This document shows, in pieces, positions 24,533 through 35,133 of a stretch of 64,000 nt of DNA. Made by a program: the position numbers and the translations under genes. This DNA is from a virus. The notes beneath the pieces were generated by a model. The model was not told the origin of the DNA. It worked only from the letters and a program-made list of their open reading frames with translations, and did not search any database. The stretch is taken from positions 32,001 through 96,000 of the IMG/VR virus record IMGVR_UViG_3300017991_000004. One strand, written 5' to 3'. Position 1 is the stretch's first letter; each line of letters opens with the position of its first letter.

Positions 24533-24910
24533 TTAATTGTTCTCGCGGTCCTTGACGATGACGATGGTGCTGCTGGGCATGAGCACCGACAGCGCGTCGT
24601 CGAACGCATCCTTGATTTCCGTCGGTACGAAACGGGTGCCGCCCTGGGGAAATCCGAACTTGCTGTTGCCCGTCGCGGTCTTGCCCCGGTCCACCAGGCG
24701 CAGGCGGACGTGCATCACGCCCTCGTCGTCAATGATGCCGACGTAAGGGCAGCCGTCCTCTTCCGGCTCCGGCAGGTGGACCTGGCCGTTGCTCTCCGGC
24801 TCGACCTTCTTGGCCTTCTTCGACTTCTTGGCCTTCTTCTTGGCGACCTTCTTGTTCGCCTTGGCCTTCTTGGTGGACTTCTTCGCGGTCTTTTTCTTCG
24901 ACTTCTTCAT
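24533..24910 (-). CDS. Histone-H1-like Lys-rich protein
   Basis: MKKSKKKTAKKSTKKAKANKKVAKKKAKKSKKAKK; start cassette AGGAGGAAGTCATG. Confidence 0.7.
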   Translation of the reverse strand: MKKSKKKTAKKSTKKAKANKKVAKKKAKKSKKAKKVEPESNGQVHLPEPEEDGCPYVGIIDDEGVMHVRLRLVDRGKTATGNSKFGFPQGGTRFVPTEIKDAFDDALSVLMPSSTIVIVKDRENN

Positions 24911-24945
24911 GACTTCCTCCTGTTATCTGCTGGTACCAGCAGACG

Positions 24946-25350
24946 TCAAACGGCGAAGTAGTTCTTGCACGACCAGTTCGTGCAAGTCAACCACCCGCCG
25001 ACCTCTTCTGCATACGCCATCTGCTCGCCGCACTCAGAACAAGCAGGGAGCGCCGTCGGCTTCCGGGGTTTCCTTTTCCCTTTCACCTTCTTTTCGGCAC
25101 GCTCCTTCAACTTGTGATGCCGCCGATGACACGACCGATGGGTGAGGATAAGGTTTTCGATGATGTTGTTCGAGCGGTCCTCGTCGCAGTGGTGGATGGT
25201 CAGCTTGTCCGGTTCGTGACCTTGCATCAGGTCGTTGACCGTGATGACCTCGTTGCAGAACGGGCACACCGGCTCGAACTTCATAACGAAATAACGCGCC
25301 AAATCCTTCAGGCGCGCAACCTTCGCGTAAGGGGAAACCCTTTTCGCCAT
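24946..25350 (-). CDS. HNH endonuclease-domain protein
   Basis: CPFC...LTIHHCDEDRSNNIIENLILTHRSCHRRHH plus a C-terminal zinc ribbon. Confidence 0.8.
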   Translation of the reverse strand: MAKRVSPYAKVARLKDLARYFVMKFEPVCPFCNEVITVNDLMQGHEPDKLTIHHCDEDRSNNIIENLILTHRSCHRRHHKLKERAEKKVKGKRKPRKPTALPACSECGEQMAYAEEVGGWLTCTNWSCKNYFAV

Positions 25351-25382
25351 CGGTCGTATCTCCTACAGCAATCGCTTGCGGT

Positions 25383-25784
25383 CTAGACCAGCCCCACCGT
25401 CCGCAGAGCCTCCTTCTTCACGAAGTGCCCCTTGGCGTTGCGCCAGCGCCCGTTGATGTCCTGCTTCCACCCGAGTTCGGCGGCCTTGTCCCATGCCTGG
25501 TACTCCGGGGGCACGACTTCCACTTCCGGCTTGGGCTTGGGGGCGGGCTTCGGCTCCTCCTTCGGCTTCTGTGTGGCGAGCACCCGCTTGACTCCCGCCG
25601 CCGCGCGGAGCGAAGCGTTTCGCTTCCGCTGCTCCCGGCGCGTCAGCGGACGCCCCTCGTCGAGCTTCCGCTGGATGCGCGCCTTCAGTTCCTTCTTCCG
25701 GGCGCTGGTGCGAATGCCCTGTTCCCTCACGCCGCATCCGGCGCGGCGTCCTGCCTGACTCTTCTGGTTCTTCTCGGTCTGCAT
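25383..25784 (-). CDS. Basic hypothetical protein
   Basis: 133 aa; start cassette AGGAGGAAGTCATG; ATAATGATAAT promoter box upstream. Confidence 0.7.
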   Translation of the reverse strand: MQTEKNQKSQAGRRAGCGVREQGIRTSARKKELKARIQRKLDEGRPLTRREQRKRNASLRAAAGVKRVLATQKPKEEPKPAPKPKPEVEVVPPEYQAWDKAAELGWKQDINGRWRNAKGHFVKKEALRTVGLV

Positions 25785-26116
25785 GACTTCCTCCTAGATA
25801 AAAATGATGAAAGATTAAAGCTAATTATCATTATATAGATATACAGAACTAATGCTATACAAACGCAACCAAAAAACTAAAAACTTAGTAGAAAAGTCTG
25901 CTGGTACCAGCAGACTGCAAAACCGCCGAAATCGCCTGCGTAGCAGGGGTTACGCGCCCTCTGAGCACAGCCGTTTTCGGCGGCGTAGAGGGGTAACACG
26001 GGGAGGATAGAACGGTCGGGGTTTGTGTACCGGCGGCGCAACGGGGCTATACTAGCCGAAATCGGGGAGTATTCGATACCCGCAGATAGCGGGTATGGAG
26101 CAGATACGGCGAAAGG

Positions 26117-26533
26117 TTACACCGGCTGGATTAGACTGATTTCCTCTGCCAGCAGAGTTCCTTCGGGGGCGCGGAGATACCGGACTCGCTCCTGGGACAT
26201 CGTGATACGTCCACCTACCGCGCGAAGAGTGCGCCAGAACTCGCGGAAAGCGTCAAGGTAGCCGATACCTCGAGTTCCTGCCTGAATAACCAGGCTGTCT
26301 TGCAGCACCGCAGTAGGCTGAGAGACGTTCTTGACTTCACATTCCCATATTTCCAGGTTGCCTGCGGAAGGTCCGATGAAGGCTTCTGCGGCCGCTTTTG
26401 TTTTGAAAAGAAAAAGGTTCCCTACCTGTGCCTGCACGAACTGTCCAGGCAGATATTCAACCTCAAACTGTCCGCCGCTGATTTGGGCGGAGTAGTATTG
26501 CCCGCCGACGTTTCTGACAACTTTGTAATACAT
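26117..26533 (-). CDS. Hypothetical protein
   Basis: 138 aa, TGATG coupling. Confidence 0.65.
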   Translation of the reverse strand: MYYKVVRNVGGQYYSAQISGGQFEVEYLPGQFVQAQVGNLFLFKTKAAAEAFIGPSAGNLEIWECEVKNVSQPTAVLQDSLVIQAGTRGIGYLDAFREFWRTLRAVGGRITMSQERVRYLRAPEGTLLAEEISLIQPV

Positions 26534-26880
26534 CAGGAAGCCTTTCGTTTCGGGTAGTGCTTCGCCGCACGACTACCGGGAGCCATGAAGGTTGCGCGGA
26601 CGGCTTTTGGGGTAGCCTTCTTGGCGATAGTCGGAATCTTCTCTTTCCGCAGTTTGCAGAGTTCCCGAATCCTCCCCTTGAAGTAGAGGATGTGGTTCCT
26701 GACGATGTTCGCGTTGACTCCGTCAGGCCAGAAGGGGTCTGTTGTTCCCTTCTTCAGGATGTCTGCATGACGCCGGTGAGAGCGTTCCAGCTCCGCAGTG
26801 AGGTCTTGAATCTCCTTGTGGTAGCCGAACGGCTCCAGTTCCCCGAGTTCTTCGAGTTCGCGTAATAGTTTGGAACTCAT
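26533..26880 (-). CDS. Hypothetical protein
   Basis: 115 aa, SD AAGGA; DPFWPDGVNANIVRNHI. Confidence 0.65.
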   Translation of the reverse strand: MSSKLLRELEELGELEPFGYHKEIQDLTAELERSHRRHADILKKGTTDPFWPDGVNANIVRNHILYFKGRIRELCKLRKEKIPTIAKKATPKAVRATFMAPGSRAAKHYPKRKAS

Positions 26881-27143
26881 TTGTCCGTCCTTTCATTCAC
26901 TAGCCGCGTCTATCATACCCTTTTTACCGTCGTGTCGCAAAACCCAGTCAAGTTTGTATATAGATATAATTATTATTCACCCGCAGGAACTTTCTGTTGA
27001 CCGCAATCGCTTGCGGTCAAAGTCTGCTGGTACCAGCAGATTTTTATTCCAAATTCCTCCCAAACTACCATCGCGTATTCACCGAAAGCGAAATATAATG
27101 ATAATTGTCATTACTGACCGCGATGGTAGCAAAGGAGGAAGTC

Positions 27144-27569
27144 ATGAAAAGGAAAGACGCAATTGTGCAACTTATCGGGCAGTTGTCCGGGCTGGACCCG
27201 GATGACGAACATTTCGAGGAGAAAGTAGAGCGCCTCGTTACTCTGGAAATGAACTTTCCGGGTACAGCAGAAAATATCTGCCGGATGGTGCGAGGAAAGA
27301 TTTTCCAGAAGTATCCCATCGACGAAGACATGATTGCACGGGCAGCCCAGTTGTGCGCGGTAGACAAATTGCACGCATCCGGGTTGTCTGACCTCTACAC
27401 CCCGGAGCTAGTGCAGATGGAAGTCGAATCAGAACACCGGTCGTGGGGAAGGATTCGTACCTTCGCTCCCCACTGCAAGGAAAGCCAGCACAAGTTCGCC
27501 CGCTTCCTGCGCACCGGCAAGTCATCCGACATGAAGAAAGTTATCACTGCTTGCAGATACAATCGGTAG
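27144..27569 (+). CDS. Hypothetical protein, first gene of the plus-strand block
   Basis: TATAATGATAAT box at 27094, then AGGAGGAAGTCATG. Confidence 0.7.
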   Translation: MKRKDAIVQLIGQLSGLDPDDEHFEEKVERLVTLEMNFPGTAENICRMVRGKIFQKYPIDEDMIARAAQLCAVDKLHASGLSDLYTPELVQMEVESEHRSWGRIRTFAPHCKESQHKFARFLRTGKSSDMKKVITACRYNR

Positions 27570-27578
27570 GAGGCTCTA

Positions 27579-27788
27579 ATGGCTCAGTTGGTCACAACCG
27601 GCGAACGTCTCACCACCCTGTCGGTCAGTAAGGCCGTCGCAGATACCATCAACAAACGAAGCGGCGCCCTAACTATCGACAATTACCTCCGCAAGCTCCT
27701 CAAGATGCCGTTACGGGAGCGAAAGCGGGGACGGCCTCCTGTCGCTAAAAAGAAAAAGAAGACAGCCCGAAAGAAGGCTAAGAGGTAG
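27579..27788 (+). CDS. Small DNA-binding protein (RHH-like with AT-hook-like RKRGRPP)
   Basis: TTLSVSKAVADTIN strand-helix pattern; SD AGGAGG. Confidence 0.55.
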   Translation: MAQLVTTGERLTTLSVSKAVADTINKRSGALTIDNYLRKLLKMPLRERKRGRPPVAKKKKKTARKKAKR

Positions 27789-27943
27789 AAGTATGCTCAA
27801 AAGAAAAATTTTTGGATTCGGCAACTTTTCAATGAAACCCGGACGGAAAGGCTCAAAGTCTAAACTGTCAAAGACAATCATTGTCTTGATAGGACCGCTG
27901 CCCTGCTCGAAGTGCAAACCTGCTGACCCATCAAGGAACTGAT

Positions 27944-28552
27944 ATGTTTTCAAACTATGACACCAAGTCGCACATCTCGGGACGACTCGGGGAAAAGTTC
28001 TGTTTGGATACTTTCGGAATTGCAGAGCCTCGGTTTGAGATTAAAAGCACAAGTGCCGACCACAGTTCTTTCGTCGTACAGGCAACCCAACTGCTTGACC
28101 AACTTTGGAAACAATATGTCGTAGTTAAATATCAGCGGTCTACCAAGGTTGTTAGCCGCGGAAAAAATAAAGGAAAAAGACGATATACTGAAACAATAAC
28201 TCAGGCATACCAACGAAAATTAGATGTCTACGTTTTACGCGGACACCGAATAATGCGAGGTATCCTTGACGAAGGATTAAAATGCTACTGCACGGCTCGG
28301 GGAGGTGACATACTCAAGTACGGCAAGTGGGGTATTGTGTGGAGAGTTCCCTATCGCGTATTACCCGACCAAGTCTTTGAGGAGACTGACCGATACAATC
28401 TTTTTGCATTTTCTGACGACCCTCCTGAATGGACTCAGGCGGCGGTGCATATTCAAGGTGGCCTATTCAGTGGCTCAAACAACGGGAAGTCTACGAAGAA
28501 AAAGACTGACTTGCCACAAGAGCCGGAGGAGAATGCTGATGTCCCCTTCTAG
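27944..28552 (+). CDS. Hypothetical protein, possible PD-(D/E)xK nuclease fold
   Basis: SGRLGE...FEIKS motif; AT-richer codon usage. Confidence 0.45.
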   Translation: MFSNYDTKSHISGRLGEKFCLDTFGIAEPRFEIKSTSADHSSFVVQATQLLDQLWKQYVVVKYQRSTKVVSRGKNKGKRRYTETITQAYQRKLDVYVLRGHRIMRGILDEGLKCYCTARGGDILKYGKWGIVWRVPYRVLPDQVFEETDRYNLFAFSDDPPEWTQAAVHIQGGLFSGSNNGKSTKKKTDLPQEPEENADVPF

Positions 28553-28805
28553 GGATTACCATGCACCGACTAAAAAGAGCACTACACGCTTGGTGGACCC
28601 GCCTTTGGTGCGACCATCTAGTATTGCGAAAAGCGTTGCCGCCTTTTAGACATAAATTAAAACCCGGCGAAGAGGAATGGGTATGCACACGATGCGGCGC
28701 TCGGCTGAAAAGATAGTCTGCTGGTACCAGCAGAAAGGCCGCGCCCAACGAAGGCAGAAGAGAAGGTAACACTCGTTTCGCCTTGAATCAAGAAAGGGAT
28801 AACTC

Positions 28806-30643
28806 ATGAAAACGCTAATCGTTATCGAGTCAGCCGATGAGTTGATTCAGCTTGCCAATCCGAATCGGAACGAAGGGGACAAGAGGCCATTTCTACCACC
28901 GGCATCATCGAAGCTGGTTTTTGAGAATTGCCTTGGCCGGGTGACCCTCGAAGCGGAGGGATTTGTCCTGGCTAACCATGTTACGTCAGAGGATGTCATT
29001 CGGGCGCTGGTCAAGCACGTTGGATTCAAGATTCATATCACCTAACAGATGATTGGGAGAGAATCAATGCTAGTGCAATTCTATTCAGGCGAAGGCCATG
29101 CGGCAATCTTCCACGACCGCAAGATGGTCGCCAATCTGCCTAGCTGCTCAGGTAGGGGAGATGCAGACGCAAGGCTGCGTCAACTTGGCTGGCGGCGACG
29201 GCAGAAATGGGTGGACACTGAATGGGGATGCGAAGCGAGGATTCGTAAGAACATTCTGTAGCACTAGACGGGAGGTGACTCATGGTATTAGCGGGCGTGT
29301 GTGACAAGTGCGGCCAAGGATACAGGCCAGCGGACCGAGAACACTTGGAGCGCAATGTCGTCGCCAAGTGCTGCCACCATCTGATTTGTGATGAGTGCAT
29401 GGCGCTTGCCAGGCACGAGCACACGGGGATGGCCGCGTGGGACTGTCCCATCTGCTATCCCAACAGTTGAAATGGAGAGTGACATGGTTACCTTTCTAAT
29501 TGGGTTTGCGGTTGGCATAGCGGTGTTCCGGTATGTCGTATTGCCAACCTGGGAAAGTCATTGTTGAGACGAGGTGATTCATGGAAGAGGAAAGCAACTG
29601 CCAGCAGCCCTGTCACCCAGATGTCGGGTGCCCAGAATGTGCGGCCTACTGGAATCGCATGAGGGACGAGGGATATTGGGTCGATGGAGCGGGGTGGACG
29701 GAGAAGGCGAAACGTGAATGGCTCAAATGAGCGGCTTTGTCGCGGAAAGGATGTAAGTCATGGAGAAAACAATCGACATCGTATTCGACGGACCCCCCGG
29801 ACCCGAAGCTGGGCGATTCGTTGAGGTAGAAGACGAAAATGGCAAGAGTATCAAAGTGGGGGAATGGGTTCAGCGCGATGACGGTTTCTGGGTATTGAGA
29901 ATCCCAAACGTGACAGTTTGATGGGGCTGATTATGAATCGCTGTAGAGACTGCAAGTGGGCAGATTTACCGAAGACGCCAACGGGTCGATTCAAGAAGAA
30001 CGACTACGGAGAGTGCACATTCGAAGTCAAGATGCCGCCGATTCCAGCCTGCCAAGAGAGAGTCATCGTGAGGAAGATGGCTATTTGGTGGAGCGATGAA
30101 TGGGAAGACGGGTGCCCGTGTTTTGAATCACTTTAGTGGGAGTGGATTGTGAAAATCAAAACCGCAGATGGGCAGTGGTATATTTGCGAGATTCGTGGCG
30201 CATGCTTTATCACATGGGTCTCGAAGAAAGACAAGGAACGCGCCGCAGTCTTTCCGGCAAACAAGGTGGCCGATTGGATACGACTTCTTTCCGACTGGAC
30301 AGGGCTTAGTCTTGATGCCGATGTGATAGATTAGTGGAAGTGCATCATGAACGACAAAATCCCTCAATACGTGATGGGAAACCCGGAGATGGAAAAGAAG
30401 CGCAACTTCCTCTGGGACAGGCGCGGTCAAATCCTTGACCGACTGAAGCCCATTGTCAAGGAGATTGTCGATAGCGGTATCCTCATGAAGGAGAACGCCG
30501 TCGAGGTGACTTTCAAGGTTGTTGTCAAGGACAGCCTGATTGGTGAGGCCGCTAGCTTTATGAAGTTTCCAGATTGGGACGGTCCAACTCCCAAGAGAAT
30601 CCACGTCGAGGAGGTAACTTTCAAAGTCCGATACTGCTTTTGA
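28806..30643 (+). other. Cluster of about 8 very small hypothetical genes (28806-29045, 29049-29261, 29282-29470, 29933-30136, 30149-30334, 30347-30643 and shorter ones)
   Basis: Head-to-tail short ORFs with SD sites; several have CxxC pairs. Confidence 0.55.
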
Positions 30644-30688
30644 AGACACTTTAGCGAAACAGCAACCCGCAGCGCGGGAGGAGGAAGC

Positions 30689-31528
30689 ATGAGCACGGAT
30701 TATAGAGACGAGATGTATCAGAAAGCAATCGACACATGGAAAGAACGACACGGCTCCTTAGTGCGGACCCTTCGGCGCGCCAAAGAGGAACGCGCTGCCC
30801 TGGAGGCCGAGGTCGCCGCGCTGAAGATGGCCGTTGACGAAGCCAACGATTGGACAGAACTTGCCAAGGCCGAGCGCGACCGCGCCGTAGAAAGCTATCA
30901 TGCCGAAGCGGAGGAAGCAGACAGGCTTCGGGAAGGGCTTGCCGCACTGAAGGAGCATGAACGACAGACGCACGAAACGCTCGGGACAATTCTCGGCACC
31001 GACGACAGCCTGGAACAGAAGGCGAAGGCCCTCAAGGCCGAGCGCGACCGCTTGCGGGACTGGAAAGAATCGGCTATGGCCCTGGAAGCAACTTGGGACA
31101 TCCAAGCGGTGGGCAAGGCTCTTGGTGTGCCGTTGGGCGAGCCAATCCACCCTGCCGTCCTGCCGGGAATCATTCGCCTCCGCGAGGCCCTGGAGGAGAT
31201 AGATAAGCACAATCCACCGGGGCGGCACTCTTGCTTATCCCCGGCGATGTGCCACTGCCCCGGATGTATCGCCCGCCGCGCCCTGGCCGGGGAGGGGGTC
31301 GAAACGCGATTCAACAAGCGGAACCCCAAAATAGAGAAGCCCGACCTCGACCCCATCGACGTTGACTCGCTTCCTGAGGTAGACGAGCCCCGCGAGGCAA
31401 AGAAGCCCAAAATCAACCGTCCCATATTTCGATGTAATGAGTGCTTTTCAACATACGGGACAAATCCAGAATGTGAGAACTGTAGGCGGGCCAAGCACAA
31501 GCCCCACGAAACTGGCTCAAAACAGTAA
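30689..31528 (+). CDS. Coiled-coil hypothetical protein with Cys clusters
   Basis: 279 aa, SD GGAGG. Confidence 0.7.
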   Translation: MSTDYRDEMYQKAIDTWKERHGSLVRTLRRAKEERAALEAEVAALKMAVDEANDWTELAKAERDRAVESYHAEAEEADRLREGLAALKEHERQTHETLGTILGTDDSLEQKAKALKAERDRLRDWKESAMALEATWDIQAVGKALGVPLGEPIHPAVLPGIIRLREALEEIDKHNPPGRHSCLSPAMCHCPGCIARRALAGEGVETRFNKRNPKIEKPDLDPIDVDSLPEVDEPREAKKPKINRPIFRCNECFSTYGTNPECENCRRAKHKPHETGSKQ

Positions 31529-31565
31529 CTACCGTTATCTGCTGGTACCAGCAGAGGAGATTGCC

Positions 31566-32018
31566 ATGTCCTTCGGAGAACAACGGAATCTGGAAGAAGT
31601 AACTCAGGAAGTTACTGAACAGACCCGCGCACACTTAATGTTTTTAATCCAACGCTTCGGACTCGAAGCGGCTAGAACAATGTTGCTAGACGTGCTGGCT
31701 CAACAACAAGCCATTATCAAAGAGTTCACTGCTGAACATCTTGCCGCCGAATTTCAACGCGACGCAGGAGATACTCCCACTGGGCCTACCCTTGACCAGT
31801 TCTTCGACAAGAAGTTCCTCGAGGCTTGGAGCGAGAGGTCATCCTTTACCTTTCCCGTCGGAACCAAAATTGACCAAACGCTGACGTCAGGTATCTACAT
31901 TCACCAACCCGATGGCAAGAATACTTTCGTACAAGTTGTACCCTACCACGACGCTGACCGCGCCCTTGAATTAGAGGCCGCACTGGAACAACTGCTCCGC
32001 ATCCTTATTCAGTCTTAG
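31566..32018 (+). CDS. Hypothetical protein
   Basis: Start MSFGEQ; its SD GAGGAG overlaps the end of the 18-bp palindrome. Confidence 0.65.
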   Translation: MSFGEQRNLEEVTQEVTEQTRAHLMFLIQRFGLEAARTMLLDVLAQQQAIIKEFTAEHLAAEFQRDAGDTPTGPTLDQFFDKKFLEAWSERSSFTFPVGTKIDQTLTSGIYIHQPDGKNTFVQVVPYHDADRALELEAALEQLLRILIQS

Positions 32019-32028
32019 GAGACATACC

Positions 32029-32655
32029 ATGCTCGACGGAAATTGCTCCCGGTGCATACTTCGAGACCCTGCCACTTTCTGTCTTCACTTCGAGAGGGAA
32101 ATCGACAACGACTTGAAAGAGCTGTGCGCCTCAAATAAGAAGGACCCGTTCGACCACTATTGGAGTAAGTTTCTTGCCGGGCAATCCGCGTTGGATGACT
32201 TGCAGCAAATACGAAGTCTCCTTCTGCACAGCCCTTCTGCTACAGACATAATTGGTTCCAAGGCTACCCGTCTAGTTGTGGCGGAATACGCAGACTTGAT
32301 GGAAGCCCGTGTAACAAAATTGAAGGACGATGTGACGGAGTTCGAGCGTCGGTTGAACGCAGTGAAAGGAACACTAGAACGGGGCAAGGATGAAGCGGCA
32401 TGGAAAGAGAACAAGCAAGCCTGCGGCTACTACAACGGGTTGGTTTTTGCTATCGCACTGCTGGAGGGGCGCAATCCGACGGAAGACTTCTTCTCCGCCG
32501 CTGATGTCGAAGAGGAACAGGCTCCTGGGAAGGTTCAACCGCAAGCGATTGCGGCCCGTCCCATCGAACTGAACATTACCATCAAACCTGAAGGTGTGGA
32601 CATCAAAGTGAAAGACCTCGACGAAGGTGAAAAGGAAACCAAGCTACTTGGGTAG
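32029..32655 (+). CDS. Hypothetical protein
   Basis: 208 aa, SD AGGAG. Confidence 0.7.
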   Translation: MLDGNCSRCILRDPATFCLHFEREIDNDLKELCASNKKDPFDHYWSKFLAGQSALDDLQQIRSLLLHSPSATDIIGSKATRLVVAEYADLMEARVTKLKDDVTEFERRLNAVKGTLERGKDEAAWKENKQACGYYNGLVFAIALLEGRNPTEDFFSAADVEEEQAPGKVQPQAIAARPIELNITIKPEGVDIKVKDLDEGEKETKLLG

Positions 32656-32719
32656 CGTAGGTTGTCGGATAAATATATAATGATAATGAAGTTTTCGTTT
32701 CAAATTACAGGAGGAAGTC

Positions 32720-33010
32720 ATGCCCAAACAAAATGTGGTTATCGAACTGCGAAGCATGGCCCAGCTTCGCCAGGCACTGAACGACACATTTGACGCGATG
32801 GAGTGGACGTACAGTGACGTCGCTCGCCACGCCAGGCGCAAAGTGTCGTTCGCCAAAACAGTGTCCCGGTTCCTCAATGGAGAGACGCGGAGCCCTCATT
32901 TCCTGACGGTGTCGGACATCGTCTACGCCCTGGGCTATCAGTTCCAGGTTGTACGGAAAGCCAGCAAAGGCAGCCGGCGCTCTGCCCGACGCTATCGCAT
33001 TGTTGCGTAG
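32720..33010 (+). CDS. XRE-type helix-turn-helix regulator
   Basis: WTYSDVARHA...TVSRFLNGETRSPHFLTVSDIVYALG; promoter box and start cassette upstream. Confidence 0.75.
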   Translation: MPKQNVVIELRSMAQLRQALNDTFDAMEWTYSDVARHARRKVSFAKTVSRFLNGETRSPHFLTVSDIVYALGYQFQVVRKASKGSRRSARRYRIVA

Positions 33011-33018
33011 GAGGGGAC

Positions 33019-33729
33019 ATGCGAATATCCGCAGACATCGTGCTAGAGGTAACGCGCCAGTGCAACTTACGGTGTGACCACTGCCTTCGAGGAGAAGCCC
33101 AACGCCTTCACATGAAGAACGCTGTTATCGACACGCTGTTCGACCAGGTTAGCGTGTTCAAAATGATTACCTTCTCCGGGGGCGAGCCTACGCTAGTTCC
33201 CGACAAAATCATCCGATTCGTTCAGGGTGTTCGGAAACACCTTATCGAAGTATACGGTTTCTACCTCGCAACCAACGGTCGGGAAGCGCCCATGTCTATC
33301 GTCCATGCCCTTATCGACTTATTCGATTGGTGTGAGGATGAAGAGGCGTGTACGCTGGCAATGAGCCACACGCAATTCCACGGAGAGAATCCTACGCCGA
33401 AAATTTATAAGGCTCTCCGCTTTTTCAACAAGACAGACAAAGGGCCGATAGACGAAAGATACCTGCGATACGAAGGGCGCACAAAAACCAACCAGATGGG
33501 CGACCCAACAAGAATTGTTACACCGGACACTCTGTTATGGCGAGAGGAGCCGGAAGGTTACTTGGATGTATTCGACGGAACACTTTATATCGACGTACAC
33601 GGCAATGTGATACCGGGCTGTGACTTCTCGTACCAACGGGCAAAGAAGTTTCACATGGGCAACATACTGCAAACGCCGCTTGACGAAATTGTCCGCAACT
33701 CAGAGTACGCCGAAGAGACTGACTACTAA
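33019..33729 (+). CDS. Radical SAM protein
   Basis: LEVTRQCNLRCDHC (CxxxCxxC), FSGGEP, ATNG, IDVHGNVIPGC...MGNI (SPASM/twitch-like tail). Confidence 0.9.
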   Translation: MRISADIVLEVTRQCNLRCDHCLRGEAQRLHMKNAVIDTLFDQVSVFKMITFSGGEPTLVPDKIIRFVQGVRKHLIEVYGFYLATNGREAPMSIVHALIDLFDWCEDEEACTLAMSHTQFHGENPTPKIYKALRFFNKTDKGPIDERYLRYEGRTKTNQMGDPTRIVTPDTLLWREEPEGYLDVFDGTLYIDVHGNVIPGCDFSYQRAKKFHMGNILQTPLDEIVRNSEYAEETDY

Positions 33730-33926
33730 CCGGCCAAAATGTTGCGGACCTTCTTTTTGGTCTTGGGATGATGTTTGAAATAGAACTTCAACACCCGCCC
33801 GAGAATCTTGTGGTGGGAGTCATCTTCTGTCTTCCGCATGGCGTTGAGCAGAACACGCTGGCTCTCCCGAACCCGGATGGTCGTCATTTTCTCAGTGTTC
33901 GTTTTCGGTCGTCCGACTTTGGGCAT
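33726..33926 (-). CDS. Small RHH-like DNA-binding protein, the only counter-oriented gene in the plus block
   Basis: SD AGGAGGTGA; MPKVGRPKTNTEKMTTIRVRESQRVLLNAMRK...SHHKILGRVL. Confidence 0.65.
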   Translation of the reverse strand: MPKVGRPKTNTEKMTTIRVRESQRVLLNAMRKTEDDSHHKILGRVLKFYFKHHPKTKKKVRNILAG

Positions 33927-34022
33927 TGGGTCACCTCCTGATATAATTTCCATATACACTAATTCAGTTCTGAAGGCAACAGTCAGTCTGCTGGTACCAG
34001 CAGATTCCTGAAGGAGATAAAA

Positions 34023-34259
34023 ATGGCAGAGCCTCTGCGATTGGACCGGGCCTTTCTTTCCGACCCGGAAAAGGTTCGCAAGACCATCCGCGGATTGGAA
34101 AGAGAAAACGCAGAACTGCGAAGTGAAATCATGGACCTCCAGGCCGCCTTGGAAATTTACCGCGAAGCCGCGCGGCTTCGTGCTGAGAAAGGAATGGGAA
34201 AAGATGGACCAGAAAAAGAAGGAACTCATTTGGGAAGCACAGCGCCTCTGCAATCCTAA
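34023..34259 (+). CDS. Hypothetical coiled-coil protein
   Basis: 78 aa, SD AAGGAG. Confidence 0.55.
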   Translation: MAEPLRLDRAFLSDPEKVRKTIRGLERENAELRSEIMDLQAALEIYREAARLRAEKGMGKDGPEKEGTHLGSTAPLQS

Positions 34260-34875
34260 CGTATCGTTCGGGTTTGATTCGGACGGTAAGGTTAGCGGTC
34301 TGCGGGACTACCCGTTCGTCGTACCCTACTTGAGCCGAAACTGGGAGGCGCGGCGAATCTTCCGCAAGCGATTCCTCAAGGCGTTTGAAGGGCCTGACGG
34401 TAAGCCTGTTCCGCGCCAGTTGCAGGTCCAGATTTCGGTTGACCCGGAGAAGGCTCCTGTGCATCGAGCCATCGGGTACGTCTATTCCTACGAGGCCCCG
34501 GAACTGTGGTTCCGAGGAGAGTTCGTTGAGGCATTCCATCGAACCTATACGCCAGGGCCGGACAAGCCCCTCATAGTCAAAGTAGACGGGCTGGACCCGG
34601 AATCCGAGCAGTTTATCGTCAACAACATTTTGAACGGAGCTCTGTACCACATCGAGTTGAAGAGATGGGACGACAGAGACCACTTTGTATTGACGGCCTC
34701 TCCCGCAGAAAAGCAGGAGCGCGTTCCACCCATCCCGCAGGACGTCCGCAACCAACTGTGCGACGATGTCGAGAACTATGGAGACGCTTTCGCTCGGTAT
34801 CACCAAGGCGAATGGATGCGTATCTGCCCGTTAGATATTCAAAGGAAAGCAGATGAAGACAAAACCATCGGTTGA
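34204..34875 (+). CDS. Hypothetical protein
   Basis: Long ORF; probable start MDQKKK. Confidence 0.6.
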   Translation: MDQKKKELIWEAQRLCNPNVSFGFDSDGKVSGLRDYPFVVPYLSRNWEARRIFRKRFLKAFEGPDGKPVPRQLQVQISVDPEKAPVHRAIGYVYSYEAPELWFRGEFVEAFHRTYTPGPDKPLIVKVDGLDPESEQFIVNNILNGALYHIELKRWDDRDHFVLTASPAEKQERVPPIPQDVRNQLCDDVENYGDAFARYHQGEWMRICPLDIQRKADEDKTIG

Positions 34876-35133
34876 TGTTCTGAAGGCTCTGGCGCTTTGT
34901 GTCTTGGTTTACCACTGGTGGTTGCTCCTGCGTTTTATCGGGGAAGTAACCGGCCTGCATCCTTGAGGGAAATAGAATGAAGGTCCCCATCAAAGAGGTA
35001 CATGAGACAAAGCACTACGCGCCGTGCCCCACTTCAACATGAGCCGTGATGAATTGGAAGCGTTCATCGTGGACACTATCAAGACTTACGGACCTGCCAA
35101 AATGAAGAGACAGAAACTCATAGGAGAGTAACG

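Noticed and set aside
22771-24555. 594-aa plus-strand ORF
   Set aside because: It overlaps six minus-strand genes with good SD sites; its Leu/Phe/Arg-rich sequence is the mirror of Lys/Glu codons.
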